A DNA stretch of 64,000 nucleotides from assembly GCA_965207595.1 (NCBI GenBank), contig CBDBMW010000012.1, forward strand, positions 898,462 to 962,461. The letters run 5' to 3'. A model generated the notes under the pieces. The model was not told where the DNA came from. It was given only the letters and a program-made list of their open reading frames with translations, and did not search any database. The stretch comes from Vicinamibacterales bacterium. Its GTDB lineage: Bacteria > Acidobacteriota > Vicinamibacteria > Vicinamibacterales > UBA8438. Within the stretch, counting starts at the first letter, position 1. Each line of letters starts with the position of its first letter. Below, in pieces: positions 38,060 to 46,591 of this stretch. The translations under genes were made by a program, and so were the position numbers.

Positions 38060-40116
38060 CCCGTCGGAACCTCGAAGATCTCCTCGCCCATCGTCGCGCG
38101 ACGGGCAGCGACGATGCGCTGCTCAGCCGCCACCCACGGGCGCCCGCCGACGTCCAGGGTCTCCGTGTACTCGAGCGCGACGTCGGGGAAGAACACGCCA
38201 TTGCGGCGGTGTGGCTCCGGCTCGTAGACCCATGATTCGCGCGATCTGGCCTCCACGCACGGTCCCCCCGGGTAGTCGGAGCGCCGCCCCCGTAGCGTCA
38301 GCGGGCCGTTGCGGCGAGTCCCGATCGGCTCCGCTTCGGCACCCATACGAAACGAATCCGAAGGAGGAGAGAGCGCCATGAACGCGATGTCCAGCCAACA
38401 CCGGACCGTCCCCAGTGCGAACCGCACCACGTCGACGCCCCCCCAGGTGGGTTGCTCGAGGTCGGGCGCGGGAAGGTAGGAGTTCCATTCTCCCGCCACG
38501 AAGCTCCGCGCGTCGTGGTTGAGGGCGAAGCCCTCACCGGTCTCGGGGTTGATGATCTCGGACACCGACTCGCCGGCGAATGTCATCACGTCCCTCCGCT
38601 GACGGCCCGTTGGCTCCTCGATGATGTAGCGGCCGTGCCGCGTGGCCAGCACGCCGCCGTCGCGCTGGAACTGGACCTGCTCGAAGTGAACCTCGAGTAC
38701 CGGGACGCCGATCGTCCGGCCTCCGGCGACCGCTTCGGCTGCGAAACGCGTTGCCGCTTCCGACTCGGCCTGCGGTTGGCGACTCGCCGGTTCTGGGGAG
38801 AGCACGAGCTCTTCCTCGCGCTGCTCGCCCGCTTCGAGCGTGAACGGGCGAAACAGCGGCTCGAAGCCCGGCTTCCTCACGGCGACGCCGTACTCGCCCG
38901 GCTTCAGGTCGAAGATCTCGAAGCTGCCGTCGTCGCGCCCGACCAAGGTGCTGACCTGCCCGGTCTTCCCGATGGTGAACGTGATGCCGGGACGTCGAAC
39001 GGCATTGCCTGCCGAATCAACGACCTTGCCGGCGATGCTGGCGGCCTGCGCGGAAACGTGCAGGCTGGCGACGACAATCGAGGCCAGCCCCAGGGCGACC
39101 AGGCTCCAGAAGCGAGCGGGACGCGTCATCGGTCGCCGATTCGTGTGGGCATTCAACATCGCGGCCAGCCTCAGCTCCAGGTGGGGAGGACGCGCCATCC
39201 CCGGCGCCGGCAACCAGGTTCGATGGTGGTCCCGCGCTTCTCTCGCGAGCTCGAGGACATGCGTCGCGCAGGTGCCGGCCGGAACGCCCTGGGCCAGGAC
39301 GAGGTCGTCGGCCGCGCGCTCGCTCTCGCGGCGCAGCCGGGCCCGGACGATCCACGCCAGGGGGTTGAACCACCAGACGCAGCGCAACGCATCAGCCGCC
39401 ATCTGCAGCGCCCAGTCGCCGCGGCGCGCGTGCGCAAGCTCGTGCAGCAGAACGACGCGCATCCGCTCCGACGACCACTCGGACGCCGACGACGGCAGCA
39501 TGACCGCCGGCCGCCGCCAGCCCCACGTCGCCACCAGCCCCGACCGCGGACCCAACAGCAGGTCGAAGGCGCATCTCAGACCGCACGACCGCGCGAGGTC
39601 GCTGCACAGCCGATGCCACGGCCCCTCGGTCACGCGGCTCGACGCAGCGCGGAACCAGTGGAGTCTCGCCAACCCGACCAGGAGCACACCGGCGCTGACA
39701 ACGAGACCCGCCAGCCAGATCGTCACCGCCCACCAGCCGATGGCGTCGGCGAACCCCGTGGCAGCAACCGGGGGTCGAGGCTGGCGGAGACGGGAGTCTG
39801 CAGGCCCCGGCGCGACGACCGTGGGTCCGATCGCACCGTCGTCTGCCGCCTCCGCAGGCGGGGCAGAGGGGCGTGGCCCAAGCGCGTCGAAGTTGAACGG
39901 GGCACGCCAAGCGCGGGGTGCAACCGGCGCCATCTGCACGACCGGCGGAAGCGGCAGGACGTGGACCGCAGGAGCTGCGCACGCCGACACGACGCCGATG
40001 GCCAGCACCCAGTGCCTCGCGGAAGCCGACCGCGTGCGCAGGCAGACGGTGGCGACGAGCGCCAACAGCAGGATCCCGGACACCTTGATGGTCAACGTAA
40101 CCAGCAGGCTCATCAC
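38044..40116 (-). CDS. BlaR1-type M56 peptidase with CarboxypepD_reg-like and unknown C-terminal region
   Basis: The N-terminal ~330 aa are highly similar to 35510..37003, including LLHELAHARRGDW. This is followed by IAGKVVDSAGNAV..GSFEIFDLKPGEYGVAVRKPGF and ~250 aa of unknown sequence. The start is GTGATG at 40116 after GGGAGGAAGG. Confidence 0.8.
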   Translation of the reverse strand: MMSLLVTLTIKVSGILLLALVATVCLRTRSASARHWVLAIGVVSACAAPAVHVLPLPPVVQMAPVAPRAWRAPFNFDALGPRPSAPPAEAADDGAIGPTVVAPGPADSRLRQPRPPVAATGFADAIGWWAVTIWLAGLVVSAGVLLVGLARLHWFRAASSRVTEGPWHRLCSDLARSCGLRCAFDLLLGPRSGLVATWGWRRPAVMLPSSASEWSSERMRVVLLHELAHARRGDWALQMAADALRCVWWFNPLAWIVRARLRRESERAADDLVLAQGVPAGTCATHVLELAREARDHHRTWLPAPGMARPPHLELRLAAMLNAHTNRRPMTRPARFWSLVALGLASIVVASLHVSAQAASIAGKVVDSAGNAVRRPGITFTIGKTGQVSTLVGRDDGSFEIFDLKPGEYGVAVRKPGFEPLFRPFTLEAGEQREEELVLSPEPASRQPQAESEAATRFAAEAVAGGRTIGVPVLEVHFEQVQFQRDGGVLATRHGRYIIEEPTGRQRRDVMTFAGESVSEIINPETGEGFALNHDARSFVAGEWNSYLPAPDLEQPTWGGVDVVRFALGTVRCWLDIAFMALSPPSDSFRMGAEAEPIGTRRNGPLTLRGRRSDYPGGPCVEARSRESWVYEPEPHRRNGVFFPDVALEYTETLDVGGRPWVAAEQRIVAARRATMGEEIFEVPTGYVER

Positions 40117-40306
40117 CCTTCCTCCCGCTCCCGTCTCTTGCGTCCGAGCCGTCGGCGCGGGACACGCCAGCGGCTCGTCCTCCCCTCCTTCCGCCGACCG
40201 CGCTCTTGGTTAATTCTATAACACACTCGCCATTAAATTAACACCAGGGGACCGTGTCAGCGACTTGCGTTCAGATCCGGGGCTGCCCTTCCCGCCGCGG
40301 GCTCTG

Positions 40307-40356
40307 TTGACAGTCAACATGAAAGCGCTCATCATGTTCATGTAGTGAGACAACAT
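40307..40356. promoter_or_regulatory. AT-rich divergent control region with TTGACA and nested ACAT/ATGT inverted repeats
   Basis: TTGACAGTCAA lies at 40307-40317. ACATGAA (40317-40323) pairs with TTCATGT (40337-40343). ATGT (40340-40343) -N9- ACAT (40353-40356) overlaps the padR ATG. Confidence 0.3.
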
Positions 40357-40693
40357 GACTGAGCCGCGGGCGGACGTGCCGTACGGCGTGCTGGACCTCT
40401 TCGTCCTGAAGACGCTCGATGTGATGGGGCCGCTCCACGGGTTCGGGCTGGCCCGCAGAATCGAGCAGACCTCAGGCCAGCGGCTGCAGATCAACCAGGG
40501 GTCGATCTATCCGGCCCTGCTCCGGCTCGAGCAGAACGGCTGGATCCGCCACGAGTGGGGCACCTCCGAGAAGAACCGCCGCGCCAAGTACTACGCGTTG
40601 ACCGACTCCGGACGGCGACAGCTCCAGAGCCAGGTGGCGAGCTGGGAGCGGACGGCGGCGATCGTCGCACGGTTTCTGGCGGTGCAGCCGTGA
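40355..40693 (+). CDS. PadR family transcriptional regulator
   Basis: LDLFVLKTLDVMGPLHGFGLARRIEQTSG..INQGSIYPALLRLEQNGWI..W..SEKNRRAKYYALT is canonical PadR sequence. Confidence 0.9.
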   Translation: MTEPRADVPYGVLDLFVLKTLDVMGPLHGFGLARRIEQTSGQRLQINQGSIYPALLRLEQNGWIRHEWGTSEKNRRAKYYALTDSGRRQLQSQVASWERTAAIVARFLAVQP

Positions 40694-43359
40694 TCCTGCG
40701 GCGCTGGCTGGCCAGCGTCGGGACGCGCCTGCGCGCGACCGCAGCCGAGCGGGAGATGGACGACGAGCTCCGCATCCACCTGGAGATGGCGGTCGAGGAG
40801 AACCTCGCGCAGGGGATGAGCGAGCGGGAGGCGAAGCACGCCGCGCGCCGCGCCCTCGGCGTGTCCGCATCCATCAAGGAAGCGCGACGCCAGGCCGACA
40901 GCCTGTACTGGCTCGACACGCTGCTGCAGGATCTGCGTTACGGCGCGCGCATGCTGCGCCGGTCGCCGCGGTTCGCCGTCGCGGTGGTCCTCATCCTGGG
41001 ACTCGGCGTCGGCATGACCACGGCGGTGTTCGCCATCGTCGACAGCGTGCTGCTGAACGCGGTGCCGTTCGCCGAGGCGCATCGACTGGTGGAGCTGAAC
41101 CGGTTCGGACCTACCGGCGGCGGCCCGAGCCAGCCGGCGGCGATGGTGGAGAGCTGGCGCGGGGAGGCGGCTCTGTTCGACGGCGTGGAGGCGTACGACC
41201 GCGTGGAGCGCGTCTTCATCGGCGGCAACGAGCCGGAGACGATGCGGGGGGCGCAGGTATCGCCGGGCCTGTTCCCGCTCCTCGGCGTCGCGCCGGAGCG
41301 CGGGCGGGCGTTCGCGGCGGACGAGGCGGCGAGCCCGGTCGCCATCATCAGCCACACGGCCTGGCGGACCCGATTCGCCGGGGACGCGGACGTCGTCGGC
41401 CGGCCGCTGCGGTTCAGCGACGGGGAGCTCACGATCGTGGGGGTGATGGCGGCGTCGTTCCGGTTCCCCGATGCCGCTACCTCCTTCTGGGAGCCTATGG
41501 ATGTGGGTCGTCGCGCCGCGTCAGCCGACCCGAGCGAGAGCCGGGTCTCGGTCGTCGCGCGGCTGGCGCCCGACCTGACGTTCGAACAGGCCGACGCGCG
41601 CGCGGCGGCGTTGGCTCCCCAGTGGGACCCCGAGTGGTTCTCGACCGGGTACACCACCCGGCTCAGGTCGCTGAACGGGCTCGCGGGGCTCGGCGTCGAT
41701 GGCCAGTTCTCGGCCGTGCAGCGGGGGCGGGGCGCGGTGTTCCTGCTCTTCGGCCTGGGCGCCTGCATGCTGCTCATCGCGTGCGCCAACTCGGCGAACC
41801 TGTTCCTCTCGCAGGCGCTGTCCCGCACCGGCGAGTTCGCGATCCGCGCCGCTGCGGGCGCGAGCCGGCTGCGGCTCTGCCGTCAGCTCCTGACCGAGTC
41901 GGTGCTCCTCTCCGCCCTGGCGGGGCTGGTCGGGCTCGCGTTCGGGGGATGGCTGGCCGGGGTCGCCGGGACGGCGGGGCAGCCGGTGTTCGGCCCGGGG
42001 CTGCTGAACCCCATCGACCTGGACGGCCGGGCGGCGGCCTGGGCGGCGGTGGCGGCGCTGCTCGCCGGCGTCGCGGCGACCCTGCCGCCGGCGCTGCGCA
42101 CCGTCGGCCGCGATCTCATGCGGCCGCTTCGCGGCCATCGGTCGGACGCCGCCCGCGGTCACGGCCGCTTGCGGGGCGGGCTCGTCGCCGTACAGAACGC
42201 GCTCGCCGTGGTGCTGCTGATCGGCGCGCTCCTGATGGGGCGCTCGCTCTGGACCGTGCTCGACATCGACCCCGGCTGGACGGCCGAGAACGCCGTCGTG
42301 CTGGAGCCCCGACTGTCGGGCACCCGTTACGCAGCGGCAGAGTCGCGCTCCCGCTTTCTCACGCAACTCGCCGACCTGAGCGCGGCGACTCCGGGCGTCG
42401 AGCTTGCCGCGCCGGCCGAGCAGGTTCCGTTCCTCACCCACAGGCTCTCGTTCGGTCGGCTGGAGACCGACGGCGCAGGCACCGCTCAGGCCGAGGTCAC
42501 CATCAACCATGTCGCGAACCGCTACTTCGCGGCCGCCGAGATCCCGATTCTCGAGGGACGCGGGTTCGACGAGGACGTCGGCGAGCAGGACACGGCCCTC
42601 ATCAGCCGGGATCTCGCCGACCGGTTGTGGCCGCCCGGCGCTGCCGTGGGGCAGCGGTTCCGCATGCCCGGCCTGGCCGTCCTGAACGACGGCGCGTGGC
42701 TCACCGTGATCGGCGTGACCGGCATCGTTCATACGAACGCCTCCGGCTTCAGCTTCGGCTCCGACCTGCCGGAGGATCCGTACGAGATCTACCTGCCCTG
42801 GGCCAGCCGGGGCGGCGCGTGGCGACAGCCCCGGTTCGTGCTGGCGCGGACGGCCGGGGGAGCGGACGCCATCGGGCTGCTCAAGGAGCAGGTGTGGCGG
42901 CTCGACCCGGAGCTGCCGGTCACCGTGCACGCGATGGACGACGTGGTTGCGAACGCCCTCGCCCAGCCGCGCTTCCTCACGACGCTGCTCGCGGCGCTCG
43001 CCGTGCTCGCGCTGCTCCTGGCCGGCGCCGGCCTCTTCGCAGTGGTGTCCTACGAGACGAGCGCGCGGACGCGCGAGATCGGCGTGCGCGTGGCCCTCGG
43101 CGCCACCCGGGGCGGCGTGACCCGGCACGTCCTCGGACGCTCCCTGCTGCAGTCCGCGGCCGGTGCGGCCCTCGGGCTGCTCGGCGCCTTCGCGCTGACC
43201 CGACTGCTGGCCGTGCCGCTGTTCGGGTCGGAGCCGACGTATCCGGCGACGTTCGCGGCGGCCACGGCGTTCCTGCTCCTGGCTGCCGCCGGCGGCGCCT
43301 GGCTCCCGGCCCGCCGCGCGGCGCGCACCGATCCCGTGGCGGCGCTACGCGCCGAGTAG
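40690..43359 (+). CDS. ADOP-type duplicated FtsX/MacB-like ABC permease
   Basis: GTG 40690 overlaps the padR stop (GTGA). The N-terminus (LRRWLASVGTRLRATAAEREMDDELRIHLEMAVEENLAQGMSEREAKHAARRALG) and two FtsX-like 4-TM halves fit the family usually paired with PadR. Confidence 0.85.
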   Translation: MILRRWLASVGTRLRATAAEREMDDELRIHLEMAVEENLAQGMSEREAKHAARRALGVSASIKEARRQADSLYWLDTLLQDLRYGARMLRRSPRFAVAVVLILGLGVGMTTAVFAIVDSVLLNAVPFAEAHRLVELNRFGPTGGGPSQPAAMVESWRGEAALFDGVEAYDRVERVFIGGNEPETMRGAQVSPGLFPLLGVAPERGRAFAADEAASPVAIISHTAWRTRFAGDADVVGRPLRFSDGELTIVGVMAASFRFPDAATSFWEPMDVGRRAASADPSESRVSVVARLAPDLTFEQADARAAALAPQWDPEWFSTGYTTRLRSLNGLAGLGVDGQFSAVQRGRGAVFLLFGLGACMLLIACANSANLFLSQALSRTGEFAIRAAAGASRLRLCRQLLTESVLLSALAGLVGLAFGGWLAGVAGTAGQPVFGPGLLNPIDLDGRAAAWAAVAALLAGVAATLPPALRTVGRDLMRPLRGHRSDAARGHGRLRGGLVAVQNALAVVLLIGALLMGRSLWTVLDIDPGWTAENAVVLEPRLSGTRYAAAESRSRFLTQLADLSAATPGVELAAPAEQVPFLTHRLSFGRLETDGAGTAQAEVTINHVANRYFAAAEIPILEGRGFDEDVGEQDTALISRDLADRLWPPGAAVGQRFRMPGLAVLNDGAWLTVIGVTGIVHTNASGFSFGSDLPEDPYEIYLPWASRGGAWRQPRFVLARTAGGADAIGLLKEQVWRLDPELPVTVHAMDDVVANALAQPRFLTTLLAALAVLALLLAGAGLFAVVSYETSARTREIGVRVALGATRGGVTRHVLGRSLLQSAAGAALGLLGAFALTRLLAVPLFGSEPTYPATFAAATAFLLLAAAGGAWLPARRAARTDPVAALRAE

Positions 43360-43451
43360 CGCCGCCTGCGGGGCACGCATCGATTCCCCGCTGCGATTCT
43401 GATATTCTGAAAGTCCGTCGCATGGTCGCCCCGGTCAGGAGCCCAAGTCGG

Positions 43452-43709
43452 ATGAACGAAACGCTCGTCGTCTCCAGCCGCGGCCAGATCACCTTGCCCG
43501 CCTCCCTGCGCAAGCGCCTCGGAATCAAGGGCGGCGACGTGATGATCCTCGAGGATCGCGGCGACGAGATCGTGCTCAAACCAGGTACGGTAGTCGAGTT
43601 GCAGCTCTATAGCGACGAACAGGTCGCCCGATGGGACGCCGAGGATGCGCTGTTGGATGAGGAGCGGACGCGAATCCTGGACAGGCTTCCGGCATCGAAG
43701 GCGACATGA
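43452..43709 (+). CDS. AbrB/MazE/SpoVT-type antitoxin
   Basis: MNETLVVSSRGQITLPASLRKRLGIKGGDVMILEDRGDEIVLKP fits the family. It is buried in a longer spurious track ORF. An ATGA overlap links it to the PIN gene. Confidence 0.8.
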   Translation: MNETLVVSSRGQITLPASLRKRLGIKGGDVMILEDRGDEIVLKPGTVVELQLYSDEQVARWDAEDALLDEERTRILDRLPASKAT

Positions 43710-44113
43710 GGCTGTTCCTCGATGCCAACATCCTCTTCACCGCCGCTCACAACCCGAGAGGCAAGGCCGCGCTGGTCATCGAACTGGGCGGCAGCGGCCA
43801 CTGGGCGGTGTACACCAGTCGCCTGGCCATCGAAGAGGCGCGCCGAAACCTGGAGCTGAAGTTCCCGCAGTGCCTGGATCGTCTGCGTTCGCTGCTGCGC
43901 GGCGTCCGGCAGATCGAACATCGAGCCGCGCTCGACTACCCGGAAGGTCTGGCCGCCAAGGACCGGCCCATCTTCCAGGCGGCGCTGGCATGCCGCGCGA
44001 CCTGTCTTCTGACCGGTGATCGGAAGCACTTCGGCCGATTCATGAACCGACCCGAGGCAACGCTGGGCGTCCGCATCCAGACGGTGGCCCAGTTCCTGGA
44101 CCAGATCGGGTAG
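43706..44113 (+). CDS. PIN domain toxin
   Basis: MRLFLDANILF.. provides the first acidic residue, and ..CLLTGDRKHF is a late PIN motif. The product is 135 aa. Confidence 0.8.
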   Translation: MRLFLDANILFTAAHNPRGKAALVIELGGSGHWAVYTSRLAIEEARRNLELKFPQCLDRLRSLLRGVRQIEHRAALDYPEGLAAKDRPIFQAALACRATCLLTGDRKHFGRFMNRPEATLGVRIQTVAQFLDQIG

Positions 44114-44134
44114 CCGATGGAGGCCTGGGAGCCT

Positions 44135-44170
44135 GCGCCGCAGGCTCGCTACCGTTTCGTTCTGCGGCGC
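44135..44170. terminator. 9-bp GC stem hairpin between convergent genes (also copy 1 of a repeated element)
   Basis: GCGCCGCAG-N18-CTGCGGCGC lies between the PIN stop (44113) and the PQQ dehydrogenase stop (44193). There is no U-tract. Confidence 0.4.
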
Positions 44171-44192
44171 AAGCTCCTGGGGAACGCTGTCC

Positions 44193-46046
44193 TCAGGGGA
44201 GCGCGAAGACGAAGAGATTGTTCCCCAGGCTCGGGCGCAGCTCCGGCGTCAGCACGGCCAGGCCGCCCGACGTGCCGGCGATGCCGGTGCTCACCGCGAC
44301 GTACTGGCGGCCGTCGACGGCGTAGGTGATCGGGAAGCCGGTGACCGGCGAGCCGAGGTTGATCTCCCAGAGGATCTCGCCCGTCTCGTGGTCGTGGGCC
44401 CGGAAGCGCCCGTTGGCGTCGCCCCCGAAGACGAGGCCGCCGCCCGTCGCGACGAGCGACATCGTCATCGCCCGCTGGTCGTACTGCCACTCGGTCTCCC
44501 CCGTCTCCGCCGAGATCGCGCGCACCGTGCCGAGCTGGTCGAAGCCGGGGGCGAACTGGTTGCGCACGGCCAGCGAGTAGAGCTGCGACCCGAGGTCGTC
44601 CTCCCGGGGCGGCGTCGCCATCATCCGCGCGCAGGCGTTGCGGAGGGGCATGTACATCGTGTTGGTCAGCGGACTGTACGCCCCCGCCTCCCAGTCCTTG
44701 CCGCCGAGCCACGTCGGGCAGGCCAGCACCTCCTGGCCGATGCCGGTGAAGATGACCTCCGAGTTCTCCTGCACGTCGCCGGTGGCGCCGTCGATGTTGC
44801 TGATGACGTTCTGGGTGATGGTCGGCGTCGCCCACAGGAACTCGCCCGTCTCGCGATCCAGCGTGTAGACGACGCCGGTCTTGCCGGGGATGCCGGTGAG
44901 GACCTTCCGTTCCTCGCCGGGCCGCAGCCGGGGGTTGATCCAGCTCACGGCGGCGGGATCGGGCGCCACGGCGGTGTCGACCAGGATGCGCTCGAACGGG
45001 TGATCGAGGTCCCAGTGGTCGTTCAGATGCTGGTAGTACCACCGGATTTCGCCCGTCTCGCCGTCGAGGGCGAGGGTCGAGTTGTGGTAGAGGTGCGTGT
45101 TGCCGGTGCCGCCGAGAAGGAACTTGGGGGCCGGCGAGGTAACCGACGTCCCGACGTAGACCAGATCCAGTTCCGGATCGTAGCTGGGCACCATCCACGA
45201 ACCCACGTGGGCGCGCTGCTCGAACGGCACCTCGCCCCACGTCTCGTCGCCGGGCTCGCCGGGGCCGGGGATCAGCCGCCGGCGCCACAGCTCCTCACCC
45301 GTCGCCGCGTCGTGGGCCGTGATGACGCAGGCGTCCGGGCCGCCCTGCGGCATGCAGCTGCGGCCCGAGACCACGCGCCCGTTGGCGACGATCGGGCCGG
45401 ACGTCTGGTTGGCCGGATTCGTGCGGTAGTCGAGGATCTCGGTCTCCCATGCCAGCTCGCCCGTCGTCGCGTCGAGCGCGTAGACGTAGTCGTCGGCGCT
45501 GTTGTCGAAGATCAGGTTGCCGTGGATGGCGATGTTGCGGTTGGTGGCGACGGCGAAGAGGTAGTCGTCGAGGTCGTCCGGGAGGTCGCGGCGGTATTCC
45601 CAGAGCAGATCGCCGGTGACCGCGTCGATGGCCTGGATGACGTCGAACGGGTTCGGCATGTAGAGCACGCCGTCGTAGGCGAGCGGCGTCCCCTCCTGCG
45701 TGCCGTCCGTCATCCCGCGCGTCCAGACCATGCGCAGGTCGCCCACGTTCTCGCGCGTGATGGAATCGAGCGGGCTGTAGCCCCACCCGTCCAGGGTCCT
45801 GCGCCACATCAGCCAGTCCGCCGGGTCCGGATCCTGCAGCATGGCGTCGGTGACCGGGACGAAGTCCGCCCCCTGCGCCCGGACGGGCAGCTCGGCCGCG
45901 GCGACGAGCACCGCGCAGGCCAATGCGACCCAGCCGGTCCGCGACAGCGAGAGCCGACGGTCGCGTTGAGAATCTCCGCGGGCGCGACGTGCCGTATCGG
46001 ACGTATCCGCGGCGCAGACTCCTGGCGCAGAGCAAGTTGAACTCAT
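44193..46046 (-). CDS. PQQ-dependent dehydrogenase (paralog of 19082..20776)
   Basis: Track ORF was trimmed to ATG 46046, which has GGAGGAGG upstream. It carries VTDAMLQDPDPADWLMWRRTLDGWGYSPLDSI. Confidence 0.85.
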   Translation of the reverse strand: MSSTCSAPGVCAADTSDTARRARGDSQRDRRLSLSRTGWVALACAVLVAAAELPVRAQGADFVPVTDAMLQDPDPADWLMWRRTLDGWGYSPLDSITRENVGDLRMVWTRGMTDGTQEGTPLAYDGVLYMPNPFDVIQAIDAVTGDLLWEYRRDLPDDLDDYLFAVATNRNIAIHGNLIFDNSADDYVYALDATTGELAWETEILDYRTNPANQTSGPIVANGRVVSGRSCMPQGGPDACVITAHDAATGEELWRRRLIPGPGEPGDETWGEVPFEQRAHVGSWMVPSYDPELDLVYVGTSVTSPAPKFLLGGTGNTHLYHNSTLALDGETGEIRWYYQHLNDHWDLDHPFERILVDTAVAPDPAAVSWINPRLRPGEERKVLTGIPGKTGVVYTLDRETGEFLWATPTITQNVISNIDGATGDVQENSEVIFTGIGQEVLACPTWLGGKDWEAGAYSPLTNTMYMPLRNACARMMATPPREDDLGSQLYSLAVRNQFAPGFDQLGTVRAISAETGETEWQYDQRAMTMSLVATGGGLVFGGDANGRFRAHDHETGEILWEINLGSPVTGFPITYAVDGRQYVAVSTGIAGTSGGLAVLTPELRPSLGNNLFVFALP

Positions 46047-46078
46047 GGTGCCTCCTCCGGGACCGGCGCCCGGCCTTC

Positions 46079-46582
46079 CTACCTGGGCGTCCAGTAGAAC
46101 ACTTCCCACGTGTGGAGCGGCTCGTTGACGCCGGGCACGACCTCGCCCTCGAAGTCGTACCCCATGGGTATCCCGGCCTTCTCACCGAAGCTCTCGAGAT
46201 ACGGGATCCGCTCCGGGCCGAGGATCTCGGTCGCCGTCAGCGCGTACGTCGCGTCGCCGAGGCGGATCCACCCGTCCGGCCGCCCGCCGCGCACGCGCCC
46301 GGCCCAGTAGCCGCCGTCGGGCCGGGTGGCGGTGATGATGCCGCCCTCGTCGGTCGAATACACGATGCGGATGACGAACGGGGGGAACCCGCCCAGCTTC
46401 ATCAGCACCACGTCGTGGTCGTTGACGGAGTTCCAGTCGGCGGGCGGCGGCGTCGGCTCGCCGCCGATCACCACGCCCGGGAACCGCTCGTAGGGCGCCG
46501 TGACGGCGTAGTACGAGAACGCCATGCCGGCGAGCACGCCGACGATGAAGTACCACTGGGTCCTGGACAAGCTCGGCAACAC
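46079..46582 (-). CDS. membrane-anchored hypothetical protein, family B
   Basis: GTG start. It has one N-terminal TM segment (WYFIVGVLAGMAFSYYAV). It shares PG.V..G....ADW...ND.D ... YW..RVR....G..RL with 48132..48695. Confidence 0.6.
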   Translation of the reverse strand: MLPSLSRTQWYFIVGVLAGMAFSYYAVTAPYERFPGVVIGGEPTPPPADWNSVNDHDVVLMKLGGFPPFVIRIVYSTDEGGIITATRPDGGYWAGRVRGGRPDGWIRLGDATYALTATEILGPERIPYLESFGEKAGIPMGYDFEGEVVPGVNEPLHTWEVFYWTPR

Positions 46583-46591
46583 GCCCCCCGA

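Noticed and set aside
40117-40215. Possible decayed blaI upstream of the second blaR1-like gene
   Set aside because: The frame that ends in a TGA overlapping the start reads ..GRRKEGRTSRWRVPRRRLGRKRRERE EG. This has no resemblance to the BlaI C-terminus of the first pair.
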